Origin: Candidatus Altimarinota bacterium
Lineage (GTDB): Bacteria > Patescibacteriota > Gracilibacteria > UBA1369
Length of the DNA stretch: 32,000 bases
NCBI GenBank assembly: GCA_041659405.1
Contig: JBAZYK010000011.1
Coordinates: 31,674-63,673 of the forward strand
Direction of reading: 5' to 3'
The position numbers and the translations under genes were made by a program. The notes below the pieces were generated by a model. That model saw nothing but the letters and a program-made list of their open reading frames with translations. It had not been told where the DNA came from and ran no database searches. Below are positions 9,940 through 18,562 of this stretch, piece after piece (positions within the stretch are counted from its first letter, which is position 1; each line of letters opens with the position of its first letter).

Positions 9940-11295
9940 CTAAGAACAAATACAGGTCAAAGTTAAACTTTGCACGCCGCGATCCATCAACGCCTTTGCA
10001 ACCTTTTCTCTTGGAGTATTTTCATCAAAAACAAGCGCTCCATTAAAACGGAAAGTCTCGTTTTCATAAGACAAAGAAGCAATATTCAAAAGCTGTTCAG
10101 ATGTTCCAAGTTTGGCAATTGGCAGAATTTTTTCTCTAAATTCAGCTTCGGTTCCTTTAAAAGTTCCGGTAAAACCAAGCAAAGATTTTTTGATCTGCTG
10201 ATTTCTAACCTGACACACAAACACAAAAGTCGCGGTCATGCGGAAATTAGGATCAATGAAATAGTACTCCCCTTTCTCCGTAATCAGCACATCCAAACCA
10301 CCAACGCCATACCAGCCTTTTGCTCGCACCTTAGGCAAAATATCGTCCTTGATCAAAGCAAAAAGATCCTGTAATTCCGACCTGTCAAAATCCGGAGTTA
10401 CCATTCCACCCAAAAACTCTCCACATTTCCCGATCACCTGTTCATTAAAACCAATAATGTCGATTTCCTTTTTCGGATCAGCCGGAATCCCAAACTGAAT
10501 GCACAGATTTCTTAAAGAATGAATAAATTGATAAATAATGACATGCCCATCCAAATCCTTAAACACCTCTTTGGCACTCTTAAGATCCTCAGACGTATGA
10601 CAAATTCGCACACCATCACCCGCGCTGGAAGAACTCATTTTAACGACACAGGGAAAAGGATATTCCTGAATACTTGCCGCAAAATCCTTTCCGCTAAAAA
10701 AGTGGTTATATTCAGCAGGTAAATTATGAGCGGGAATATAATAACTAAGATTTTCTTTATCATTCAGCCACACCGTAACTTCCGGCGGAATTTGGTAAAA
10801 ACTTTTCAGGTCCTTATCCAAAAAAGGCTGGGCCATCATCAATTTACCTTCACATTTCAGATTCTTAATTGCTGATTTAACCGCACGATTTCTGTCCTTA
10901 CCCACAAGATCAAAATTGATCACCTCGGGCAAAACAATCACCTCGGAAGGATCAAGAGGTTCTGCACCCATTTCGGACAATAACCCTAAAATATTTGGAG
11001 AATAAACAGCAGAAAATGTCATTACTTTCACATCAGGACCGGCGCAAAGCAAAGGACGCCCGGCAACCAGCTCCTCCACCCATGGCGGAATATTATTAAA
11101 AAAGCCCGATTCTTCTCCGGCAGGGAAAGAGTAAAAATACAAAGTATCTGCAGGAAAGTAACGGGACAGAGTATACGTTTTGTGGCTTAACGCCGGTAAA
11201 GGATCTTCTTCTTTATTCTTTCTCAATAAACTATTAGCTACGGTTTTATGACTTTTAGTCATATAATCGACGTAAAAAAAATTTAAGTACAACAA
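9940..11295 (-). CDS. ATP-grasp domain protein
   Basis: FPCVVKMSSSSAGDGVRIC, IIYQFI, GLDVLITEKGEYYFIDPNFRMTATF ATP-grasp-type motifs; 451 aa. Confidence 0.75.
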   Translation of the reverse strand: MLYLNFFYVDYMTKSHKTVANSLLRKNKEEDPLPALSHKTYTLSRYFPADTLYFYSFPAGEESGFFNNIPPWVEELVAGRPLLCAGPDVKVMTFSAVYSPNILGLLSEMGAEPLDPSEVIVLPEVINFDLVGKDRNRAVKSAIKNLKCEGKLMMAQPFLDKDLKSFYQIPPEVTVWLNDKENLSYYIPAHNLPAEYNHFFSGKDFAASIQEYPFPCVVKMSSSSAGDGVRICHTSEDLKSAKEVFKDLDGHVIIYQFIHSLRNLCIQFGIPADPKKEIDIIGFNEQVIGKCGEFLGGMVTPDFDRSELQDLFALIKDDILPKVRAKGWYGVGGLDVLITEKGEYYFIDPNFRMTATFVFVCQVRNQQIKKSLLGFTGTFKGTEAEFREKILPIAKLGTSEQLLNIASLSYENETFRFNGALVFDENTPREKVAKALMDRGVQSLTLTCICS

Positions 11296-11427
11296 GGTTA
11301 CTCTTTTTACCCTAAAAAAACAAGCCTCAGGCCTTCTAAAACGACGGCCATCTCATCCAAGGCTTGCCAGAAAGCTCAATGCCATATACCATGCGTTTAG
11401 TTAAAAATTAGAAAAAAATCACCTCAT

Positions 11428-11502
11428 AGGCCCTTCGTATAACGGCTAGTACAAAGGTTTCCAAAACCTTTAGCGCGGGTTCGACTCCTGCAGGGCCTGC
11501 CA
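11428..11502 (+). tRNA. tRNA-Trp (anticodon CCA), CCA end encoded
   Basis: Acceptor AGGCCCT/AGGGCCT, D arm GTAT/GTAC, anticodon arm AAGGT-TTCCAAA-ACCTT, T arm GCGGG-TTCGACT-CCTGC, A1-U72 with G73 as expected for Trp. Confidence 0.95.
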
Positions 11503-11574
11503 TTGAGTTTTACAGCTTGTTTAAGCTGTTTTTCCAGTGTGCTATACTGAAGAAAACAATTTTCTATTTTATAA

Positions 11575-13338
11575 ATGGTTGATCAATTCTGTCAAAATTG
11601 TAAAGGTAAATTTCACATAGAGGATGCTGATATTGAATTTTACAAAAAAATGGATGTTCCATTACCGACCTTTTGCCCAGATTGTCGTTTTCAAAGAAGA
11701 TTAAGTTATCTCAATATCAGAAATTTATATTCAAGAAAGCTGAGTTATTCAGAAAAAAGCGTTATTTCGATATATTCGCCAGATAAAAACTTTAACATAG
11801 TTGAAGACAAAGATTGGTACTCGGATAAATACGATTTTACCAACTTTGGAAAGGATTATGATTTTCATAAGCCCTTTTTTTTACAATTTCGCGAGTTGAT
11901 GGAGCAGGTTCCTTTGCCTCATTTACAGAGACAATATTCAACTTTTGAGAATAGTGATTATTGCAATGCAGCTTCAGGATTAAAAAATTGTTACCTCGTT
12001 TTTAGTGCTGATTTGGATCAGGATTGTTATTATGGATATTCGCTTGAAGAGGCTAAAGATTGCATGGACGTTATTTTTACCAATAAAAGTGAGCTTTGTT
12101 ATGAAGGAGTTAATCTAAAGAACTGTTACAATTGTCTTTTTTGTGAAGACTTGGAAGGGTCAAATGGGATGATATTTTGTCGTGATTGTGTAGGTTGCAA
12201 TGATTGTTTTGGAAGTATTGGCTTGCGTCAAAAATCGTATTACATTTTCAATAAACCGTATTCCAAAGAAGAGTATCAAAAGAAAATTGCTGAATTCAAG
12301 ATGAGTTCTTGGAGTTCATACCAAAAAATAAAAAAAGAGGTGGAAGAGTTTTTCCTCTCCGTTCCACGAAAATTTATTCATGGCAGAAATAATCTTAACG
12401 TTGAAGGTGATTATGTATATCAGTCTAAAAACGTGCAAGAGTCTTTTATGGTGGAAAAAGCGGAAGACTGTAAATTTACGCATTTGCTTAGATATTTAAC
12501 TACCGGCACCAATAATTCTTATGATTATACAATGTATGGTTGTGGAGCTGAGCTTATTTATGAGTCTGCCTGGTGTGGCTTAAACATTCACAATCTTAAG
12601 TTTTCTTTATGGAATTATGGGAGTTCGGATCTGGAGTATTGTTTTGGATGTCATTATTCTACAAATCTTTTTGGTTGCATTGGCTTGCAGCATAAAAAAT
12701 ATTGCATTTTAAACAAGCAATATACCGAAGACGAATACAAAGCGTTATTACCGAAAATAAAAGAGCAGATGAAAAATATTCCGTATAAAGATAAAAAGGG
12801 GAATATTTACCGCTATGGTGAGTTTTTCCCAAATGAATTAAGTCCTTTCGATTATAACCAAACTCTTGCTCAAGAATTTTGCCCCATCACCAAAGAAGAA
12901 AGTTTAAATCAAAATTATGGCTGGTACGAAAATAAAGAACGAGTAATAGGTGATTTTACTCATTGGAAAGACCTGGCTGACGATATTGAATCTGTTGATG
13001 ACAGGGTATTAACCAAACCAATTCTGTGTAAAGCTTACGAAGAGAATTCGGCCGTGGCTTTAAGACATAACTGTAGCCAAATTTTTAAGATTATCCCTCA
13101 AGAATTGGGACTCTATCGAAAAATGGGAGTGCCTCTTCCCAGATACTGCCCTAATACACGTTGCTACCAAAAATTAAAACAATTGAATCCTTTTAAATTG
13201 TGGCAACGTGAATGCACATGTAAAGCGACAACGCATGGACACCCGGATATGTGCGACAAGATTTTTGAAACCAGTTATAAACCCGATCGCAAAGAGATGG
13301 TCCATTGTGAAGAATGTTACTTAAAAGAAGTGTATTAG
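11575..13338 (+). CDS. Large Cys-rich protein with zinc-ribbon-like motifs at both ends, function unknown
   Basis: 587 aa; N-terminal CxxC...CPDCRFQRR and C-terminal YCPNTRCYQKLKQ plus CTCK...CDKIF...VHCEECY; many internal Cys pairs. Confidence 0.8.
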   Translation: MVDQFCQNCKGKFHIEDADIEFYKKMDVPLPTFCPDCRFQRRLSYLNIRNLYSRKLSYSEKSVISIYSPDKNFNIVEDKDWYSDKYDFTNFGKDYDFHKPFFLQFRELMEQVPLPHLQRQYSTFENSDYCNAASGLKNCYLVFSADLDQDCYYGYSLEEAKDCMDVIFTNKSELCYEGVNLKNCYNCLFCEDLEGSNGMIFCRDCVGCNDCFGSIGLRQKSYYIFNKPYSKEEYQKKIAEFKMSSWSSYQKIKKEVEEFFLSVPRKFIHGRNNLNVEGDYVYQSKNVQESFMVEKAEDCKFTHLLRYLTTGTNNSYDYTMYGCGAELIYESAWCGLNIHNLKFSLWNYGSSDLEYCFGCHYSTNLFGCIGLQHKKYCILNKQYTEDEYKALLPKIKEQMKNIPYKDKKGNIYRYGEFFPNELSPFDYNQTLAQEFCPITKEESLNQNYGWYENKERVIGDFTHWKDLADDIESVDDRVLTKPILCKAYEENSAVALRHNCSQIFKIIPQELGLYRKMGVPLPRYCPNTRCYQKLKQLNPFKLWQRECTCKATTHGHPDMCDKIFETSYKPDRKEMVHCEECYLKEVY

Positions 13339-13354
13339 CAGCTTATTCAAGCCA

Positions 13355-13543
13355 TCAATCCTCTTCACCAGACTTTGTAACACCTTCTCCTGAAATAAAA
13401 TTTCCCGCCAGGGCTTGTTTGATTTGGCGATCCACTTCTATAAGAGCCGCCTTAACTTCTAAACCACTAGCTGCCAAAGCACAGACCATTGCTCTTTTTC
13501 CAAGCAAAAGATCTAAAAATGATGTATCCTGATATCCTTCCAT
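13355..13543 (-). CDS. Small hypothetical protein
   Basis: 62-aa open frame adjacent to the cupin gene on the same strand. Confidence 0.45.
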   Translation of the reverse strand: MEGYQDTSFLDLLLGKRAMVCALAASGLEVKAALIEVDRQIKQALAGNFISGEGVTKSGEED

Positions 13544-13557
13544 TTAATTATAAATTA

Positions 13558-13971
13558 TTAACGAACCGCCTGTCCAAAAGCTTCGTCCTCTACATCAGCT
13601 TTTTCGTCAGCTATAGTGTGTTGAACGCGACCATCAATATGATTTGGTGGAGCGTACGTCGTGAAGATTTGCAAAGGAACGGTTCCGGTATTTACAAAAT
13701 TATGCAAAGTCCCCGGAGTCACCACGACCACATCCCCCGGACCAACCGGAGATTTTTTCCCATCCAAACTTGCTTCCCCTGTCCCCGATTGAAAGTACAA
13801 TGTTTGTTCAACGTGCTGATGGGTTTCTTCACCAACTTCCCCACCCACAGGAATACTCATCACAACCAACTGGGATTTTGCCCCTGTAAATAAAACATGA
13901 CGAAAATCCTGGTTATCTGCTGTCGCTTTTACAATGTTTGTCTGAAATGACGCAATATGTGGAGTTTCCAT
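13558..13971 (-). CDS. Cupin-domain protein
   Basis: GGEVGEETHQHVEQTLYFQSGTGEASLDG...GPGDVVVVTPGTLHNFVNTG cupin motifs. Start set at METPHIASF because the track start at 14064 overlaps the sortase gene. Confidence 0.85.
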   Translation of the reverse strand: METPHIASFQTNIVKATADNQDFRHVLFTGAKSQLVVMSIPVGGEVGEETHQHVEQTLYFQSGTGEASLDGKKSPVGPGDVVVVTPGTLHNFVNTGTVPLQIFTTYAPPNHIDGRVQHTIADEKADVEDEAFGQAVR

Positions 13972-13996
13972 TTTTGGAAAGATTAAAAAATAAATT

Positions 13997-14641
13997 TCAT
14001 TCTTTATCGGCAAAGATAACCAACCGTTTGGAATATTGTTTGGCATTTTTATCCCACACCCCATCGCAAGTAATCAGATTTAGATGAGCTTTTCCATCGC
14101 TTGATTTAAAGACATCGGTCGCATCCGCCGCAGCGGCATACATGCGGCTTCCACGAACCACAAAAGAAATGATCGCTCCTTTGTCATCCTGAACCGTAAT
14201 CTTATCGCCCGGCTTAACCTTGCGCAGATCGGCAAACACGCCGGTAGCGCCATAATACCAGTTAACATGACCATCAATGGCCGCGCTGCCAATTTCCCCC
14301 GGACGAGGCCCCAATTCATACCAGCCGGCATCAAGAGGCTGTTTGGGCACACCCATCGATCCGTCAGTCTTCAAACCCACTTTTTCGATCACGGCATCCA
14401 CCTTAATGCTTGGAATCTTAATATTCACCGGAACGCCAATACTTTCCCCAATGGCAAGAAGGTGATTGGAAACAACCGAATCAGTCTTCAAACCAACATT
14501 CATATTCACGGATGCGCCAACATTCCCCAACAAAGGACGCAAAGGCACGTTGTACCAAAACACAACTACGCATATCACCAATATTATAACTACCACGGAA
14601 AATATCCGGATTTTAATTTGATTTGATAATTTCTTAGGCAT
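13997..14641 (-). CDS. Sortase (class F/E-like)
   Basis: N-terminal TM, GSAAIDGHVNWYYG, LNLITCDG (TLxTC-like) and KRLVIFA motifs. Confidence 0.85.
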   Translation of the reverse strand: MPKKLSNQIKIRIFSVVVIILVICVVVFWYNVPLRPLLGNVGASVNMNVGLKTDSVVSNHLLAIGESIGVPVNIKIPSIKVDAVIEKVGLKTDGSMGVPKQPLDAGWYELGPRPGEIGSAAIDGHVNWYYGATGVFADLRKVKPGDKITVQDDKGAIISFVVRGSRMYAAAADATDVFKSSDGKAHLNLITCDGVWDKNAKQYSKRLVIFADKE

Positions 14642-14677
14642 AAATCCTCCTGTTAAGGAAATTGCTCATGAAGTCTA

Positions 14678-15106
14678 TTAAGCCGCGCGCTTTTTCTCCT
14701 CCCTGCCGTTCAAATAAACCCGCATTTCCGGCTGAATCTGGACGCGAACCGGGCCTTCTTCCGTTTCCATATTCATCTGGAAAAATTTAGGTGGAAGTTC
14801 CGAAATAAGTTCAAAAAGCTTTTTATTCATGTGAGCCACCTCTTCTTCTTTTCTAACCTTCATTTCCTGCAATTTCATATATTGTTCCTCTTTCAAAAGA
14901 TCCTGCATCCATTTATCCTCAACATCTTTAACCTGAGCCTTTAAATCTTTATAGGCTTTTTTAAGATCAACATAGTCTTCAGTATCGATTTTCTCGTCAA
15001 ACTTCATATCTTTTCTGATGTCCTTCAGTTCATCCTTCAACTTTTTAAGCTCCTTCAGAGCCAGAGAAATTTTATCTTCAATCATAGTAAAAAATAAATG
15101 AGCCAC
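14678..15106 (-). CDS. Hypothetical coiled-coil protein
   Basis: 142 aa, Lys/Glu-rich heptad-like segment. Confidence 0.6.
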   Translation of the reverse strand: MAHLFFTMIEDKISLALKELKKLKDELKDIRKDMKFDEKIDTEDYVDLKKAYKDLKAQVKDVEDKWMQDLLKEEQYMKLQEMKVRKEEEVAHMNKKLFELISELPPKFFQMNMETEEGPVRVQIQPEMRVYLNGREEKKRAA

Positions 15107-15178
15107 GACAGTCTAGCAGTTTCCCACGGTCTATCAATTACAATCCCTTGCTAAAACTGACAATAATCTTTTTCGATC

Positions 15179-15265
15179 GTTTCAAAAATCCGAACTTCGG
15201 CTGAGAGCACCTCGCAGGCGTGAGCCGAGAACTGTGCTCGAAGACGAAGTTTGGATTTTTGAAAC
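15179..15265 (+). ncRNA. Candidate structured RNA / long intergenic hairpin
   Basis: 21-nt arms 15179-15199 and 15245-15265 pair throughout with one G-T position; inner GAGCAC/GTGCTC helix; CTGA/GAAG internal loop. Confidence 0.45.
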
Positions 15266-15323
15266 CCTTAGTTGAAAAAGATTAAAGAATCTTTAGAAAG
15301 ATTAAGGAATTTTTTCATTAAGA

Positions 15324-17234
15324 TTATTGGCTCTTCACCAAAACATACCCGCTGAAGTCGATTTCACTTTCCGAAACCGCCTTGGAATTGAAAATTATGC
15401 CCTTAAAAGGTTTGAAATAGGATTCAAGTACAAGCTGATCGGCTTTAACTTGTGCCGAATTGGCAGCGCCAATAGAAGGATCGGAAGATGCAGTTCCCAT
15501 GATCGCGCCAATATCTCCAAAATGACTAATATATTGAGCAACAACCTTCGGTGAAAAATAAACAAAATTCGACAAAGACTTTCCCATAGCCGTCTGCGTA
15601 TCTTTAAAATCAGCATCATTCGCCAACGTCTTGGCATTCACCTCAAAATCCTGATCAAAATGTGGATAAAAAGCCACAAAAGCCAGATTATCTTTGCTAA
15701 CTCCGTACCACAATTCCAAAGGCGTATTCAACAAAAGCTGCGTTAACGGCGACGAAGATTTGGATTCAAGCCCCTCCGACTTAAAGCGCAAAACATGAAC
15801 CTTACTTCCATCTGCCAAAATGCCATCTTCAAACACAAACCCTTGCACAATATTTTTATATTTTTGGCCAAGTTGAGTAATCACCTCTTGCAAAAAAATA
15901 TGCAGAGCGTCCACCGTTTTTTGCGCGCCCGCAGGATTGGAAGAAGCATCAACATAAAAGGCCAAATTTGGCATAAAATTGCCACTATCCCGCCAAACAA
16001 AGCTGTTACCTTTATCCAAAAATGAAAGAACATCTTTTTCAAAATCAAGCCCTTTAGAAGCAAAAAATTGCTGTATTTTACCTTTAAGATCAGCCACTTT
16101 ATACATTTTCTCAAAAACAGCCAACTCAATATTCAAAAGCGATTTCAAGTCACTGTTTTCAACATACATCAAAGCCTTATCAACCGGAATTTTTTTATAA
16201 AGATAAGGATCGGAATGAGGCAAAGTCAAAAAATTGATCTTATTATTTTTCAAAACCTGCGCATCACCAAATTCCCGGCCCAAAATGCGTAAACCATTAG
16301 GCTCAGCGGAAAAAGCATAATACATTCCCTGCAAAGCCTGAAAATATTTTTCTTCATCCAAATAAGAAGTGGAAGCCTGTGTCGCCGCCTGCCCGCCCAC
16401 CTGCGAACCGCCATACATTGCCGGACTAACACCTTTTGGATCCACAAACATAAATCCCACATTCGCCGGCATTTGCGCTAAACTTTTTTGATAAAATTCA
16501 TTATCCAACAAAGAGGCGGAAACATCCTGATAACGGTCAATTGTCGACTTTAATCCTTCCAGCGAATTTGTCACAACCAAAGCATCACCAAGTCTGGTAA
16601 TAAATATTTTGGTCCCGCCTTTTTGGAAAAAAGTTACACCACGATAATTATCCTGCAAAGCACCATTATTATTCGCCAACTTCCGGGCAACCTGATCAAC
16701 TTTTTCAACATCCAAAATTGGCATTACCAATTCCATATCCATCACCCCCTGCCCGCCCGAACTCGGCTGAGGAAAACTTCTCATCCCAACCATAAAATGG
16801 ACCTTATCACCTAAAATCGGCTTTAAATCGGCAGCATAAGTCACGCCATAAGCACTTAAAGCTTGATCCAATCCCTTATAAAACTGATCCTGAACATTTT
16901 GAATAATAGATGCGCCTCCGGTTGAGGTCGTCCCGCCGGGCACTTCATTCATAAAAGGCAAATTTCGGAAAATTAAACCCAAATTATTAAGCTGAGTTGC
17001 GTCATTTGTGCCAACCTTAATCACCAAACCGGAATCTTTTGAAAGAAGCATTTCCAGCGGAATTCCCTGCGTTGTTTTTAAAGCGGAAGGCTTATTCGGA
17101 AGAGCTTTTTGGCAACCGGACATCAAAAAAAACATTGCCCCAAGCACCAAAAACAAAAAAACACCTTTAAATAAAAGGAGAAACTCACGAATAACAACAT
17201 TGAAGTTCGCTTTACTCGCAGTAGAAATAAGCAC
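15324..17234 (-). CDS. DUF3352-like lipoprotein
   Basis: Lipobox-like LVLGAMFFLMSGC; TFFQKGGTKIFITRLGDALVVTNS region. The track start (17348) lies inside rpmG, so a GTG start at 17234 is preferred. Confidence 0.7.
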   Translation of the reverse strand: MLISTASKANFNVVIREFLLLFKGVFLFLVLGAMFFLMSGCQKALPNKPSALKTTQGIPLEMLLSKDSGLVIKVGTNDATQLNNLGLIFRNLPFMNEVPGGTTSTGGASIIQNVQDQFYKGLDQALSAYGVTYAADLKPILGDKVHFMVGMRSFPQPSSGGQGVMDMELVMPILDVEKVDQVARKLANNNGALQDNYRGVTFFQKGGTKIFITRLGDALVVTNSLEGLKSTIDRYQDVSASLLDNEFYQKSLAQMPANVGFMFVDPKGVSPAMYGGSQVGGQAATQASTSYLDEEKYFQALQGMYYAFSAEPNGLRILGREFGDAQVLKNNKINFLTLPHSDPYLYKKIPVDKALMYVENSDLKSLLNIELAVFEKMYKVADLKGKIQQFFASKGLDFEKDVLSFLDKGNSFVWRDSGNFMPNLAFYVDASSNPAGAQKTVDALHIFLQEVITQLGQKYKNIVQGFVFEDGILADGSKVHVLRFKSEGLESKSSSPLTQLLLNTPLELWYGVSKDNLAFVAFYPHFDQDFEVNAKTLANDADFKDTQTAMGKSLSNFVYFSPKVVAQYISHFGDIGAIMGTASSDPSIGAANSAQVKADQLVLESYFKPFKGIIFNSKAVSESEIDFSGYVLVKSQ

Positions 17235-17253
17235 TTCGTGCGTGGGGGTTAGA

Positions 17254-17436
17254 TTACTTAGCCGCTTTCTTAAGATCTTTCCTTTTGTGAACTGTACGAG
17301 TTTTACTCTGCTTGCAGAACTTGCTGAGCTCCTTCTTGATTTTGTCATTGCTCTTTTTGTTGTAAGCAGTCACATAATTCGCTCTGCCACATTCGGAACA
17401 ATACCACGCAGTATATTGACTTTTTCCTTTTGCCAT
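17254..17436 (-). CDS. rpmG: 50S ribosomal protein L33
   Basis: MAKGKSQYTAWYCSECGRANYVTAYNKKSNDKIKKELSKFCKQSKTRTVHKRKDLK matches bL33; start taken at internal MAKGK. Confidence 0.9.
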   Translation of the reverse strand: MAKGKSQYTAWYCSECGRANYVTAYNKKSNDKIKKELSKFCKQSKTRTVHKRKDLKKAAK

Positions 17437-17489
17437 AAAAATAAACGAAAAATAAAAGCAGAGCAATCATAGCCAATTTTGGCTTTAAG

Positions 17490-18386
17490 TCAATCTTTTT
17501 TTACGTGATTTTTGATTAATGCAAGAATATTTGGCAATTTTTGTTGAAAAAACAGGCCAAACAACACCAGCAGCAACACAATCAAAATAGTCAAAACAAG
17601 GCTGTAAGAAGGGATAAACGCCGGATCAAAAAGATTCGTGGAAAGATCATGGCTCGTAAGACCTGCCTGGATTCCATCCGTTGGACCGACCACAGCCAAC
17701 GTAGCCAATGGATCAGAGACATCCGTTCCCGCCGGCTCAGCCACAACCGAACCATCACCCGCCGGAGCCTCAACCGCAATTTTGGACTGGACATCTTTAG
17801 ACGGGGAATCCTGCAATTTCTGAGGTTGAACCACTTGCGCCCCCAACAAAGACACCAAATCAAATTGCCCATCCTGCCAGGAAACCGCACTTAGATCTTT
17901 TCTTCCAGCGTCAAAAACACTCAAAACCTTACGATCAAAATGGAATAATAGATTTTGATTAAGATCAGACTTGGGCAAACTCAAATAAAAAGAGACAATT
18001 TTACCATCCTTAAAAGTTATTACTGAACCCTGCTTAAAAGTTAACCCAAAAACAACACGCGCCGGATTTGTTTTAAAAGTTGCCAAACTCAAAACTTTTT
18101 CCGGATTATTTAAATCCGCGCTCAATTCAAACTTTTGATATGCCCAATTTTTCAGAAAGTTAGTAGATTCGCCCGTAAACTCACTCGGATTTTTCGCAGA
18201 GAAACCGGTAGTCACAGGCACTTTGTACGCAATGGAAATTTCAAACGCAGTTCCAAGGAAATTTTTGGGCAAATCTTTTCCCATGACATCCAAGCGAAAA
18301 GGAACCGACTGGGTATCCAAATGACTAGTCGCCCCGGATTGATTTAATGGCACCAAATCAACATACAAAACAGTGGAGGTATTCAT
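17490..18386 (-). CDS. Membrane-anchored extracellular protein with cohesin-like domain and C-terminal TM helix
   Basis: N-terminal MNTSTVLYVDLV, beta-rich cohesin-like domain (FRLDVMGKDLPKNFLGTAFEISIAY ... FDAGRKDLSAVSWQDGQFDLVSLLG), linker, TM SLVLTILIVLLLVLFGLFF. Confidence 0.6.
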   Translation of the reverse strand: MNTSTVLYVDLVPLNQSGATSHLDTQSVPFRLDVMGKDLPKNFLGTAFEISIAYKVPVTTGFSAKNPSEFTGESTNFLKNWAYQKFELSADLNNPEKVLSLATFKTNPARVVFGLTFKQGSVITFKDGKIVSFYLSLPKSDLNQNLLFHFDRKVLSVFDAGRKDLSAVSWQDGQFDLVSLLGAQVVQPQKLQDSPSKDVQSKIAVEAPAGDGSVVAEPAGTDVSDPLATLAVVGPTDGIQAGLTSHDLSTNLFDPAFIPSYSLVLTILIVLLLVLFGLFFQQKLPNILALIKNHVKKD

Positions 18387-18562
18387 AAATAATGATTTAA
18401 ATTTATAATTTTTCAGAAATTTGACCTTAAACTTATTCGACCACAAAGGTCGGACCACCAACCAATCCCCGCCCCCAAGAGGACTTCCCTGCCCGCGCAT
18501 TCTTGAGTCCGCGCTCTACCGCGCTTTGACTCACGCACAAAACAGGGAAGTCCAATCAAGCA

